A DNA stretch of 64,000 bases from Chloroflexota bacterium (GTDB lineage Bacteria > Chloroflexota > Anaerolineae > B4-G1 > SLSP01), in assembly GCA_036845725.1 (NCBI GenBank), contig DAIUDK010000001.1:22522-86521 (forward strand). Direction: 5' to 3'. Under the pieces are notes generated by a model. That model was not told where the DNA came from. It saw nothing but the letters and a program-made list of their open reading frames with translations, and did no database searches. Positions 8,495-18,638 of this stretch are shown in pieces (the first letter of the stretch is position 1; every line of letters starts with the position of its first letter). Made by a program: the position numbers and the translations under genes.

Positions 8495-11032
8495 TCACTG
8501 CCCAACGCTGTAAATCACCACATCTCCACCCTCGTACACCACTGGGAACATCGCGGTAAACTTATCCAGCCCTTCGGCGGGATAGCGCTCGCGTTCGACT
8601 TGGCCGATGTAAATGTAGGCGACGTTGTAGCGCGCTAGAATCGCCTGTGCTTCGGTGGGGTCGAGTGTGGTGAATAGCGTTTCCAGCTCGACCTCGCGAC
8701 GCCCAGGCTCATCGTAGTTGCCGCGCCATTGCCTTTGGTGGCCGCCCCAACCCAACATGGTCGGCAAGCCGGTTAACGCAGAGACGCGCCCCTCGTAGAT
8801 GTAGGCGCGATGTTGGTCGCCCGGCGCTTCGACGATGACCGGCGCGCCCTCCACGTTGGCATTGAGCCACCGAATCGCGGCATAGTCGGTCGGTCGAGAC
8901 GTCGCCAGCCACGCTGCGCCGTCCAGGGTCCACGGTGTGCCGTGTTCGTGTGCCCGCGCCGGAACGGCCAACACGGTGTAGAGCAAGCCCACAGCGATCA
9001 ACAGGCAGGAAAGTCCCACCGCCAGCGCCCGCCAGGGAAAGCACTCTCCGTTCCGGGCTTCATGTGGTTCCAACCAGCGCGCAATCTGCCACGCACCCGC
9101 CAGGCTCCACAAGATCCACGCCTGAAAGTAGAACTTAAAAATTGTGTTCATCCGCGTCATAAACACGTCTTTGAGGTACACGTACTCCGGCGCCAACGTG
9201 AGCAGCAGGCCGATGAGGACGAGGAGGAGGGGGAATTGGGAGTAGGGAGTAGAGAATAGGGAGTAAGGGGGAGGTGGAGATTTTGGATTGTGGATTGTGG
9301 ATTGTGGATCTGGGATTGTGGATTCAGGGCCAGGGGCTACAGACTCAGAACTGACCGCTGACGGCTGATCGCTGACCGCTGATCGCTTCAACAACGCCAA
9401 AACCACCGCCGCGACGCCAAGCGCGAGCGCGAGTCCTACCCAAGGACGCAGCCAGCGCGCAACGATGCCTTCGACGACCATCTCTGGTGCGATGGATAAT
9501 CCCTGGACCGGTTCGCCGCGCCAGACGCTCTGCAGATAAGGATACGCAGCGCCCGCGCCTACCAACAGGCCAAGCAACGCAATGGCGAGCACCAGCCCCA
9601 CGCCGCCGATCAACACCCACTGCCACGGCACACCCGCGTCACGCGCTGCGCCGGCGATCACACCGAGTAGCGGGATCAGCAGCGGGGCAAACATCACCAC
9701 GAACTGCGGCCAGTGCGTAGCGTTGAAGAGATTGGGCAGCACGCCCCCAGCTTGCGAGCGCAGCGCGTACCAGAACGGGAAATACAAAAACACGCTCAAC
9801 ACACCCAGGATAACCCCTTCAGGCAGCGTCCTCCACAGCGCATCAAAAAACCGCGTCCACATATGCCGGAAGGTGGACGCCCCGCCCGCCGAGCGCGCAT
9901 ATCGCGCCAACACGATCCCGCCCACCATCAACACCCAATAGATTGGAAAATCCCACGTGTTGAGAAAACCGAGCGCGCCCAAAGTGAGCGCGTAGCCTGC
10001 CAGCGGTGCAAGCCGCGCCCCCCAACCCTTGCTAAATTCGCCCTCCCGCAACGTCCGGTACAGGTTGAGCGTCAGCGCAACCGCCAGCAGCACAAAAGGC
10101 AGCGCCAAAACGTGCGGGTGCATATCGCCCAGGGTGAAACTGAACGCGGGGAACTCGTCGATGATCTCGATGCGGTCGCCCCAGGGTGCATAGTCGGTGA
10201 GGACGCGCGATCCTTGCCACCACCAGAAGAAGCGCGTGGGAATCCAGGAGAACGGCGGCTGTGGCGTGGTGTTGATATTGCGGATATCCAGCCATGTCCA
10301 AAATTCGGCGGACAGCAATCCACGCGCGTGCAGCACCTCGAGCAAACCGGCAGCGTTGCCGGTCAGCAAGAGCAGCAAAGGCGCGAACAACGCACGCAAC
10401 ACGCCACGTCGTTCCAGCAGATCGTAGACGATGCCGTAAGCGCCCACTGCCGCCAATGCGAACCACCCCGCGCACCCCAGGTTGAAGGCCACCGTCGCCG
10501 GGAGCGCCGACAACCGCGTGAGCATCCCCAACAGGAAATAGCCCAGATAATAATACGAAATTGCGTAGCCGGAAAGCCAGGGATCGTGCGGTGGAACCTG
10601 CGGCGCGCGCAAAACCGCATTGAGGAACGCGATCTCCATCCACTTTTCGCCGCCCGCCGTCTCCAACTGCGGCTGAGAGGCGCGCACCACCGTCCACAAC
10701 AGCAACGCGCCGAAGAAGAGCGCCTCTGTGGTGAGGATGAACACCCGCTGCTCCTGCAACCAGGGACGGATCTCCACCCGGTATCGCCGTAGTGCCCATA
10801 GGCCCACGGCGAATACAAGGCCCGCCGCGACGAGGATGGCGGACGTCGTGTTCTCCCACAAGTGTAGGATACCACCCCACCAAACCACCACGCCGGTCAG
10901 CAACAAGCCCAGCGCCTTTGCCGCCGCATAGCCCCGCGAGCGCAAACGCCGCAACCACACAAACGCTAGTGGCAATCCCGCCAGCGCGAAAACTTGCATC
11001 GTCAGATACCACGTGAGAAACGGTCCAAGCAT
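8495..11032 (-). CDS. DUF2298-family large membrane protein (Chlor_Arch_YYY / TIGR03662-like; predicted GT-C glycosyltransferase)
   Basis: About 845 aa and more than 14 TM helices. Hallmark segment FFWWWQGSRVLTDY...IDEFPAFSFTLGDMHPHVLALPF; C-terminal soluble domain ...TLFTTLDPTEAQAILARYNVAYIYIG. The ATG at 11032 has GGAG 7 nt upstream; the TTG at 11056 has no RBS. Confidence 0.7.
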   Translation of the reverse strand: MLGPFLTWYLTMQVFALAGLPLAFVWLRRLRSRGYAAAKALGLLLTGVVVWWGGILHLWENTTSAILVAAGLVFAVGLWALRRYRVEIRPWLQEQRVFILTTEALFFGALLLWTVVRASQPQLETAGGEKWMEIAFLNAVLRAPQVPPHDPWLSGYAISYYYLGYFLLGMLTRLSALPATVAFNLGCAGWFALAAVGAYGIVYDLLERRGVLRALFAPLLLLLTGNAAGLLEVLHARGLLSAEFWTWLDIRNINTTPQPPFSWIPTRFFWWWQGSRVLTDYAPWGDRIEIIDEFPAFSFTLGDMHPHVLALPFVLLAVALTLNLYRTLREGEFSKGWGARLAPLAGYALTLGALGFLNTWDFPIYWVLMVGGIVLARYARSAGGASTFRHMWTRFFDALWRTLPEGVILGVLSVFLYFPFWYALRSQAGGVLPNLFNATHWPQFVVMFAPLLIPLLGVIAGAARDAGVPWQWVLIGGVGLVLAIALLGLLVGAGAAYPYLQSVWRGEPVQGLSIAPEMVVEGIVARWLRPWVGLALALGVAAVVLALLKRSAVSDQPSAVSSESVAPGPESTIPDPQSTIHNPKSPPPPYSLFSTPYSQFPLLLVLIGLLLTLAPEYVYLKDVFMTRMNTIFKFYFQAWILWSLAGAWQIARWLEPHEARNGECFPWRALAVGLSCLLIAVGLLYTVLAVPARAHEHGTPWTLDGAAWLATSRPTDYAAIRWLNANVEGAPVIVEAPGDQHRAYIYEGRVSALTGLPTMLGWGGHQRQWRGNYDEPGRREVELETLFTTLDPTEAQAILARYNVAYIYIGQVERERYPAEGLDKFTAMFPVVYEGGDVVIYSVGQ

Positions 11033-11099
11033 AAAAACTCCAAAGAGAATGAGCAAATCAGTGAATCAGCAAGACCCCTTACTCCATACTCCTTACTTC

Positions 11100-11807
11100 C
11101 TACTCCACCGTTATCAACGGTGCCAGGTCCCTGTAGCGCGTCTCCCCAATGCCCTCGACTTCCTGCAAGTCTTCGACCCGTTCGAAAGGGCCATGAGCTT
11201 CGCGGTAGGCGATGATGCGCTGCGCCATTGCCGGGCCGATGTGCGGTAGTGTCTCCAATTCGACGGCAGAAGCCGTGTTGATGTTCAACAACGTGGTCGC
11301 GGAAGCTCCCCTCGCAGCCGAAACCACCTCGACTGCCGACTGTGGCGTGGGCGTACAACGAGGCACAATCACGTGTTGGTTGTCCACAAGCGATGCCGCC
11401 AGGTTGACGCTGTACAGGTCGGCATCGGCAGCCGCACCGCCAACAGCGTCCAACGCGTCGGCGAGCAAGCTATCCGCAGGCAGCGTCACAACACCGGGAT
11501 GCGCTACTGCGCCACTGACGTAGACTCGCAACGGCTGTGGCGTCACCGTAGCATCGACGATGCTACTCTCCACACATGCCACAGGAGCACACATCTCCCC
11601 CCAATACGGTGGTGGGGTAAGCACACTACTGGGCTGCGCCTGCTCCCGCATTATGGCTGCAACAATCGCCCCGCCAACAAACAGGCATATGAAAGCAAGG
11701 ACAACACCATAGATGCGATACTGTTTTCGCACCTGAGCCTGCAGCTGCTCACGGATCTCCGCACGAAGTTCATCAACATCAATCAGCGTAGAAGGTACAG
11801 CGTTCAT
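11100..11807 (-). CDS. comEA: ComEA-like competence protein (SLBB domain plus tandem helix-hairpin-helix DNA-binding domain)
   Basis: C-terminus INTASAVELETLPHIGPAMAQRIIAYREAHGPFERVEDLQEVEGIGETRYRDL is a canonical ComEA HhH domain. Has an N-terminal TM anchor. Confidence 0.8.
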   Translation of the reverse strand: MNAVPSTLIDVDELRAEIREQLQAQVRKQYRIYGVVLAFICLFVGGAIVAAIMREQAQPSSVLTPPPYWGEMCAPVACVESSIVDATVTPQPLRVYVSGAVAHPGVVTLPADSLLADALDAVGGAAADADLYSVNLAASLVDNQHVIVPRCTPTPQSAVEVVSAARGASATTLLNINTASAVELETLPHIGPAMAQRIIAYREAHGPFERVEDLQEVEGIGETRYRDLAPLITVE

Positions 11808-11828
11808 CGACCACCAGCCCGCCCGTCT

Positions 11829-12914
11829 TCAGGCCGATTCAGGCTCCGGCATTTCCGGCGGGGAGGCCTCGGGAGATGCAGATTTGGCAGCACGGCGGCG
11901 AAGCAGCCGGCGGGGTGCCAGACGGCGCATCTGTTGGTACAGGCCACGCAGTTCCGGTCCCTTGATCGCGCGACCAGCCTCGAAGTAACGGCGCGCGGCT
12001 TGCCCGATACCCCACGTGCTAACTGCCGAAATCGCCGCCGAAACGATCCAGCCCAGGCCAGGGACGAGTTTAGCTGCCTGCGATCCCAGATAACGCGAGA
12101 GAAGACTGCCCGCCATCGTCGTCAACAGCTCGCGCGCGTGTGAGACGTTCATCGATTCGCCATACGCCGCCGCGATGCGCAGCACCATCCGCGTCTGCGA
12201 AGCCAACAGGATGGGGATATCCAGCCCGGGAACCGGTTGCAGCGAGATCGCCGCGTTCATCCATGCGGTGCGCCGCACAATGCGGTTGACGATATGCACA
12301 CGCACATCGGGGAGCGCTCGCGCCATCGCCACGGCAACTGCCGGCTGTGCGTTCAGAATCGCGGGCAATAGCCCGTCCACAATGCCCATCCCCGTCTGCG
12401 CCGAGATCGGTATGGGGCGCACACCGAGCAGTTTCTCGGCGTCCTCCAGAATCCACGGCACATCCTTCTTCACCAGATCGGCCTTGTTCAAAGCGATGAC
12501 CACCGGACGTTGCAAGTCGCGCAGCGTCATATAGAGGTCGTGGTCGCTCTGGCGGACACCGGCTGCCGCATCCAACAGCAACAAAACCAAATCCGCGTCC
12601 GCCGTCGCCTCGCGGGCGATCTCGGCACGGTCAACGCCCCACACCTCGCCAAAACCGGGAGTATCTACAAGCAGAAACGGACCAATTGGATGTTCGACGA
12701 CGCCCTTCGTCGTGCCAGGTACGGCGCTCACTGCCGATATATTCTGTCCGTGTAAGCGATTGAAAAGCGTCGACTTACCGCTATTAACTGGGCCGACGAT
12801 AGCCAGCCGGGCCAGCGTCTCCTGCGCCACTTCATAATTGAGCGCGTGCCAATCCAACGACCGCAGCAGCGTATGAACGTCATCCATCTTTTTGGGCAGC
12901 AGCAAAATGCTCAT
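11829..12914 (-). CDS. GTP-binding protein with a C-terminal DUF697 membrane-associated domain (YcjF/YeeP-like)
   Basis: G1 is GPVNSGKST, G3 is DTPG and G4 is NKAD. The start ATG at 12914 is preceded by GGAG-AAAA. Confidence 0.7.
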   Translation of the reverse strand: MSILLLPKKMDDVHTLLRSLDWHALNYEVAQETLARLAIVGPVNSGKSTLFNRLHGQNISAVSAVPGTTKGVVEHPIGPFLLVDTPGFGEVWGVDRAEIAREATADADLVLLLLDAAAGVRQSDHDLYMTLRDLQRPVVIALNKADLVKKDVPWILEDAEKLLGVRPIPISAQTGMGIVDGLLPAILNAQPAVAVAMARALPDVRVHIVNRIVRRTAWMNAAISLQPVPGLDIPILLASQTRMVLRIAAAYGESMNVSHARELLTTMAGSLLSRYLGSQAAKLVPGLGWIVSAAISAVSTWGIGQAARRYFEAGRAIKGPELRGLYQQMRRLAPRRLLRRRAAKSASPEASPPEMPEPESA

Positions 12915-12930
12915 TTTTCTCCATACATGT

Positions 12931-12958
12931 TCAGGTGGAACGCACGTGCGTTCCACCT
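12931..12958 (-). terminator. Perfect 14-bp hairpin between the histidine kinase stop and the GTPase start
   Basis: caggtggaacgcac|gtgcgttccacctg is a perfect inverted repeat with no U-tract. Could act as a terminator or an RNA-processing element. Confidence 0.4.
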
Positions 12959-12967
12959 GGATTCAAT

Positions 12968-15082
12968 CTAGGATAGGGAACCGGCTAACGGCAGCGTGAA
13001 GATAAATGTCGTTCCATCCTGCGAGGTATTCGACACCCAAATACGTTCGCCGTGAGCCTCCAATACCATCCGGCAGAAGGCCAACCCCAGGCCGCTCCCA
13101 TGCTCACTCTGCTGTCCCGCCACAAATTTGGTGAATAGATTGCGACGAATTTCTGGGGGAATGCCCGGCCCGGTATCGGAAACGGAGATGCGCAGCTTAT
13201 CGGGCATTTCAGGTTCCACCTCAGCCCGCACCAACACTTCCCCACCCGGCGGGGTAAATTTGAACGCATTGCCCATCAGGTTCTGCAGCACGCGCTCGAC
13301 CAATTCCCTATCGGCCCGCACCAACGGCACATCCTCGGGTACAGCATTGACAAAAGTCAACTCGTGTTGGTTGATCGCCAACTTTTGCAGTTCTACCGAA
13401 TCGCGCACGACATCCGAGAAGCGGAAAACGACCGGTTTTAACGGCATCTGCCCGGTCTCCAGACGGCTGATATCCAGAATCGCGTTGACCAGCTTGACCA
13501 TGCGTTCAGTGCTGAGCAAGGCGATGTTGATGATACGCCGCTGCCCCTCCATCAATGACTCGCCGACCGCACGCGAAAGCAGGGTGAGTGCCGCGTGGAT
13601 ACCGGTCAGCGGGTTGCGCAGGTCGTGGACCATCGTGTGTGTCAAATCGTCACGGAATTGGTCCAAAAGCCGCGCGTCGGTGACATCGCGCACCATGAAA
13701 AGCCGTCCCAAAGGCTCTGCATCCCCCCGCACGGGCCAACTAACCCATTGGATGATTCGCAGCCCGACTTTCACTTCACCATCGTGCGGCTGGTCGTCGC
13801 CATCGCGGATGCGGCGCATCTCACCGAGAACGACCCTGACCACGTGCCGCGCATGGTCGCGCAGCGTGTACACAATATCCCACAACGAACGATCGACCCA
13901 GGTTTCTGGCTCACCGAGCAGGCCTAGGAAGCGCAACGCCGGCCGGTTGACCACCAACAGACGCAGATCGGTCCCCAGCAATATGATCCCATCGCGGCTG
14001 GATTGGACCACCGTACGCAGGCGCTCACGCTCTTCCTCGATTGTCCGGAAAAGCTCCGCTTGCTGTATCGCAGCTGTGATTTGTGCCGCAATCGCCATCA
14101 GTAGATCGACGTCCTGCTGGGTAAAATCCGGCTGATCGGAACGATTAACCGCCAGCAGCACCCCACAGGACTGGTCTTGAACCAACAACGGGGCCACGGC
14201 GATCGATCCACCCATTTCGGGCGTATACCACGGCTGCGTTTCTCCCGCCCACCCGCGCGCTTCCATCGCCGTTTTGGTTAGGTAAAGGGGACGCCCATCC
14301 CGCAGCACCTCGCCCACCACCCCTTGCGATATATCGTCGAAGTCTAATAGTGGCAAGATAGGCGGAGTGGCCCCGCCCACAAGTAAAGCACAGGTCTGCC
14401 GATTCGCGGGATTGCCGCGCACCAACCAGACGAGATTGGCGCGCAGCGCGTTGGCGATGCTGTTCAGAACCGCCGGCAGAACATCGTCTAAGTAGCGTGA
14501 AGCGATCAGGGCGCGAGTGACGAAATACAACGTTTCCGTCTTGCGCGTCGTCGCCCAAAACCGATCTTCGGTTTGTCGGCGCTCGAACGCCTCCTGCCGC
14601 AGCGAAATGTAAAGCTCCGTATTCTGCAAAGCCGCCGACAGGACTTCGCTCAACGACGATGCCAACAGCCGCGCGTCCACATCGAAAGCATCGGGCACAT
14701 CACTCACAACGTAAAGCAACAGGTGAACCCATTCGCCCCGTTTGAGTGGAACGAGCACGGCACTGGCCTGCTCGATTTCAAGGGGAAACACCAGCGCAGC
14801 GCCAGGAATAGCAGGGGCATAGTGGAAATATTTGGTCTGAAGTACGGTAACGACCAACGGTTGATCGGTAGGCGCGACGGCGTCGAGCGGTGGGGCCAGC
14901 GCTCCGGTCGAGGCCGTGACGCGCACCACACCCGATTCGTGATCCGGCGATAGCAAAGCAAGACCCGCCCAACCAGTCAACTGGGCTATAAAGGCGAGGC
15001 TTTCCTGCATCAAACGTTCCGTGCGTTGGAAACGACGCAAGAACTGCAAGACCTCATTGAGAATCGCCAAATGGTTGTTCAC
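12968..15082 (-). CDS. Sensor histidine kinase with GAF/PAS sensory domains
   Basis: H-box HTMVHDLRNPLTGI. N/G1/G2 boxes are LQNLMGNAFKFT, VSDTGPGI and GSGLGLAFCR. GTG start with GAGGAG upstream. Confidence 0.85.
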   Translation of the reverse strand: MNNHLAILNEVLQFLRRFQRTERLMQESLAFIAQLTGWAGLALLSPDHESGVVRVTASTGALAPPLDAVAPTDQPLVVTVLQTKYFHYAPAIPGAALVFPLEIEQASAVLVPLKRGEWVHLLLYVVSDVPDAFDVDARLLASSLSEVLSAALQNTELYISLRQEAFERRQTEDRFWATTRKTETLYFVTRALIASRYLDDVLPAVLNSIANALRANLVWLVRGNPANRQTCALLVGGATPPILPLLDFDDISQGVVGEVLRDGRPLYLTKTAMEARGWAGETQPWYTPEMGGSIAVAPLLVQDQSCGVLLAVNRSDQPDFTQQDVDLLMAIAAQITAAIQQAELFRTIEEERERLRTVVQSSRDGIILLGTDLRLLVVNRPALRFLGLLGEPETWVDRSLWDIVYTLRDHARHVVRVVLGEMRRIRDGDDQPHDGEVKVGLRIIQWVSWPVRGDAEPLGRLFMVRDVTDARLLDQFRDDLTHTMVHDLRNPLTGIHAALTLLSRAVGESLMEGQRRIINIALLSTERMVKLVNAILDISRLETGQMPLKPVVFRFSDVVRDSVELQKLAINQHELTFVNAVPEDVPLVRADRELVERVLQNLMGNAFKFTPPGGEVLVRAEVEPEMPDKLRISVSDTGPGIPPEIRRNLFTKFVAGQQSEHGSGLGLAFCRMVLEAHGERIWVSNTSQDGTTFIFTLPLAGSLS

Positions 15083-15147
15083 CCGCCTCGGCTCCTCATC
15101 GAGGAATGTAATATACTGCTAACAAAAGTGTAGCACAAAATACAGGA

Positions 15148-15185
15148 CAAGCAAAACACAAAGAGGAACCTTTCCAGGTTCCTCT
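15148..15185 (-). terminator. Rho-independent terminator downstream of ftsK
   Basis: Stem agaggaacct/aggttcctct of 10 bp with loop ttcc. On the minus strand it is followed by UUGUGUUUUGCUUG. Confidence 0.6.
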
Positions 15186-15214
15186 CGTCCTCTCACCTGA
15201 CCAGGCTGAACAGC

Positions 15215-17638
15215 TCAAAAGTCATCGTCCCCACCGAGGATGACGTGCCGTTTGCGTCCGGCGCTTTCCTGCGGGCCAACGAGACCCATCTGCTCCATCT
15301 CCTCCATCAACCGTGCCGCGCGGGGATAACTGATGCGCAACTGCCGCTGCAAACCGGACGTCGAAATATTGCCCCGACTTTTCGCAAGAGCCATGGCGCG
15401 CTCCAACAGGTCCGCATCTTCCGGCTGTCCTTCCATCCGCAGGGAATCAGGGCCTTTCGCCCGCACGATCGCTTCCCAGGGCGGTTTGGCCGGGGTGGCG
15501 CCGGCACTCTTCTGCCAAAAGCGGATAATGGCCTCCAGCTCATCGTCCGAAATGTAGCAGCCCTGCACGCGCAGCGGCGCAGAGGCATCCGGCGGCAAAA
15601 AGAGCATATCGCCGCGCCCCAACAGCGATTCCGCGCCCGGCGTGTCAATGATAACGCGCGAATCGACATTGCTGGTGGTCGCAAAGCTCACGCGCGCAGG
15701 GAAATTGGCCTTGATCAACCCTGTCACCACGTCGGTGCTGGGACGCTGTGTGGCGACAACCAGATGAATACCGGTCGCGCGCGCCATCTGCGCGATGCGC
15801 GTCAGCGTGCGCTCCGTCTCCTCCGGGGTGGACATCATCAGGTCCGCCAGCTCGTCGATGAAGACGACGATGCGCGGCAGCGTCTCCTCGCCTTTGCGTG
15901 TCATTTTGCGGTTGTAGTCGTCCAGGTTGCGCGCTACCGTCTCCGAGAACAGCTTGTAACGCTGATCCATCTCATGCGCCACCCAGCGCAACGTCCGGAT
16001 GATGTTTTCCATATCGGATTCGGCCCGGCCCAACAGGTGCGGCAGGCCGTTGAGGTGACTCAATTCCACCATCTTCGGGTCGATGGCGACCAGGCGTAAA
16101 TTGTCCGGATGGTTGTGCATGATCAGACTCGCTGCCAGCGCCTTGATGAAGATGCTTTTACCGCTGCCGGTCGTCCCGGCGACGAGCAGGTGCGGCATCG
16201 CCGAAAGATCAGTGACAATGGCAGAACCGGCCACATCCAGCCCAATCGCCACGCAGAGCGGTTTGCCGCACTTGCGAAATTCCTCGCTTTCCAGTACCAC
16301 GCGCAGCGAAACCAGGCTGATCTCGCTGTTGGGCACTTCGATACCGACAACCGCGCGGCCAGGCACGGGCGCTTCGACGCGCAGCGATTTTGCCGCCAGC
16401 GCCAGGGCCAAGTCGTCGGACAGCGACGCGATCTGGCTGACGCGCACTTTACGCTGTTCCTCACCATCCGGCCCTCGGCTGATGTAGCCCGGCGCGACGC
16501 CAAATTGTGTGACCGTGGGACCGGGGCGTACCTCCGTCACCTGTGCGGGCACGCCAAACTGCGCCAGCGTCTCTTCGATGATGCGGCTCTTACGGCGCAA
16601 GTCATCCTGATCCGTCCCCACGCGCCGGGCTTGCCTCAACAGGGTAAACGGCGGCAGGGTATCCACTCGCAGTGCAGGATCGAGCGCTGCTTTGGAACTC
16701 ATCGGTAACGGCACAGAAGGAACTTTCACATCCGGGGACGGCGACATCGGCGGGGGTTCGACCACCGGGGCAGGCGTCTCGTGGCGCTGCGAGATTGGTG
16801 AGACCGCCACACCGGAAGTCATTCGTGCCGGCGCGGCAGATTTGGAAGTGGAAATGGCTTCTTCCAGATCACTGTCGGATCGCCGCTCACGCCAGGCCGC
16901 GCCGATCTCGACGAGACGCTGCCCGAAGATGCGCAAGTCTTCTTTCGTCACATCGAACGCGAGCGCAAGGCCGATCAGCATCACTACCGCCATCAAAAAG
17001 CCGGTGATCAACGAGCCAACCGCTTCATCCAGCAGCACGTAGAATGCCCAGCCGATCACGCCACCGCCCCGGCCCGACTCGACCAATCCCCAGCTACTGG
17101 GACGATTCGCCACCCCGCTGATGAGTGTCGCAGTGAGAGTCAGCAGGGCGATGAAGGTCAATTCAAAGCCCAACACCGGACGCCAGCGCCAAATCATCGG
17201 CTGGTGGACGAGGTGACGCAGCCACAGCAAGCCCAATCCGACAATCATCGCCGCAACGGGATAGGCACCCCACCCAAACACAAACACCAGGACATGCACC
17301 CACCCATTGATCAACACACCGGAGTTCACACCGGCGACTTTGCCGGTAAGCGCCACAATCGTCAGCAATCCAAAAAGGATGAGTGCCACCGCCAACAGTT
17401 GTTGTCCGGTCGGCCCCTTGATCCAGTTGAAGAAGAGCTGCACGCCTTTGCTCAAGACATCCCACACCGTGACCTTCTTTACGGCAGTCCGCGTCCTGGA
17501 GGCCGTCCGGTTCTGGGCGGATGTCCGCGTTGATGTGCCCGTGGAGGCCCGCGGCGACGCAGTCATCTTCTTGCTGCGGGGCGTGGATCCCCCGCTGCCA
17601 GAAGGCCGGGCCATCGATGCGGCTTTACGCCGTGTCAT
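15215..17638 (-). CDS. ftsK: DNA translocase FtsK/SpoIIIE
   Basis: N-terminal TM helices, a Pro-rich linker, a motor domain (Walker A GTTGSGKS; ...LVVATQRPSTDVVTG...) and a C-terminal gamma winged-helix. RBS GAGGGAG. Confidence 0.9.
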   Translation of the reverse strand: MTRRKAASMARPSGSGGSTPRSKKMTASPRASTGTSTRTSAQNRTASRTRTAVKKVTVWDVLSKGVQLFFNWIKGPTGQQLLAVALILFGLLTIVALTGKVAGVNSGVLINGWVHVLVFVFGWGAYPVAAMIVGLGLLWLRHLVHQPMIWRWRPVLGFELTFIALLTLTATLISGVANRPSSWGLVESGRGGGVIGWAFYVLLDEAVGSLITGFLMAVVMLIGLALAFDVTKEDLRIFGQRLVEIGAAWRERRSDSDLEEAISTSKSAAPARMTSGVAVSPISQRHETPAPVVEPPPMSPSPDVKVPSVPLPMSSKAALDPALRVDTLPPFTLLRQARRVGTDQDDLRRKSRIIEETLAQFGVPAQVTEVRPGPTVTQFGVAPGYISRGPDGEEQRKVRVSQIASLSDDLALALAAKSLRVEAPVPGRAVVGIEVPNSEISLVSLRVVLESEEFRKCGKPLCVAIGLDVAGSAIVTDLSAMPHLLVAGTTGSGKSIFIKALAASLIMHNHPDNLRLVAIDPKMVELSHLNGLPHLLGRAESDMENIIRTLRWVAHEMDQRYKLFSETVARNLDDYNRKMTRKGEETLPRIVVFIDELADLMMSTPEETERTLTRIAQMARATGIHLVVATQRPSTDVVTGLIKANFPARVSFATTSNVDSRVIIDTPGAESLLGRGDMLFLPPDASAPLRVQGCYISDDELEAIIRFWQKSAGATPAKPPWEAIVRAKGPDSLRMEGQPEDADLLERAMALAKSRGNISTSGLQRQLRISYPRAARLMEEMEQMGLVGPQESAGRKRHVILGGDDDF

Positions 17639-17642
17639 GTTG

Positions 17643-18569
17643 TTATTCTCCCTCGACTATCCCTAACGCAATGCGATGTTCTTCGGGCACAATCTCCAAA
17701 ACGCGCACCGCAACCTCTTGTCCCACAGCATACACATCGTGATCGACGCCGGCGCCGTCGTTGCGCTCCAACTCGGAGGCATGCAGCAAACCCTCAAGGC
17801 CATCGACCAATTCCACAAAGACGCCAAAGCGCTCGACGCTGGCGACAGTGCCAGTAAGCACATCGCCCGCCCTGATCCGCGTGTGGACGGACATCCAGGG
17901 GTTCGGGTTAAGCCGCTTCAGGCTCAGGCCCACACGCTGGTGCTCCAAATCGATGTTGAGGATTTTGACACACACGTCCTGCCCCGGCTGCAAGAAATCC
18001 TGGGGATCGCGTACCCGGCCCCACGAAATCTCAGAGATATGCACCATGCCCTCCAACGGGCCGATATCGACGAAAGCTCCGAACGGTCGCACACTGGTGA
18101 CCTTCCCCATGCAGGTTTGACCGGTGCATAACCATTCCGGCCATTCGGGCTGTATCATCTCGCACTCCGACACCTGGCGCTCCGAGAGCAGGATGCGATT
18201 GCGAATTGGCTCGACTTCGATGATGCACAGCCGCAAGTGCTGCCCGACGTAGTCTTCGAAGCAGCGCTCGCGCGCGTCGGGATCGGCGGGAAACGGGTAA
18301 CCAACCAAGTGCGAAGCAGGAATAAAACATTCCACGCCCTTCCAATGCGCCATCAATCCGCCCCGGTTGAAACCATCAACGACCAGCTCCAAAATCGTGT
18401 GCGTGTGGAAAAGCTGTCGGGCTTCATCCCACACGGCCATCGGCACATCAGGCGCTTCGACCCACTCCCAGGTGACGGTGGTACGCCCCTGACTGATTGG
18501 GCCTTCATCCAAAATAACGTCCCAATAACTCTCACTAAGCGGCGAATGCGGGGGAACATAATGATCCAT
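17643..18569 (-). CDS. S1 RNA-binding domain protein (three S1 repeats)
   Basis: Repeated S1-fold signatures (GKVTSVRPFGAFVDIG, GTVASVERFGVFVEL). The ATG at 18569 has AAAGGAG 8 nt upstream. Confidence 0.7.
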   Translation of the reverse strand: MDHYVPPHSPLSESYWDVILDEGPISQGRTTVTWEWVEAPDVPMAVWDEARQLFHTHTILELVVDGFNRGGLMAHWKGVECFIPASHLVGYPFPADPDARERCFEDYVGQHLRLCIIEVEPIRNRILLSERQVSECEMIQPEWPEWLCTGQTCMGKVTSVRPFGAFVDIGPLEGMVHISEISWGRVRDPQDFLQPGQDVCVKILNIDLEHQRVGLSLKRLNPNPWMSVHTRIRAGDVLTGTVASVERFGVFVELVDGLEGLLHASELERNDGAGVDHDVYAVGQEVAVRVLEIVPEEHRIALGIVEGE

Positions 18570-18638
18570 AAAGACAACTCCTTTTGTCACCAACCCTGCA
18601 AAGCTCCAACCTGTGCAAGGCTCCTGTCAAAGTCAAGA

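Noticed and set aside
9713-10792. A 359-aa plus-strand ORF inside the DUF2298 gene (Arg/Gln/Pro-rich)
   Set aside because: Antisense frame of a conserved membrane protein gene. It is extremely biased in composition (R, Q, P, H) and has no RBS.
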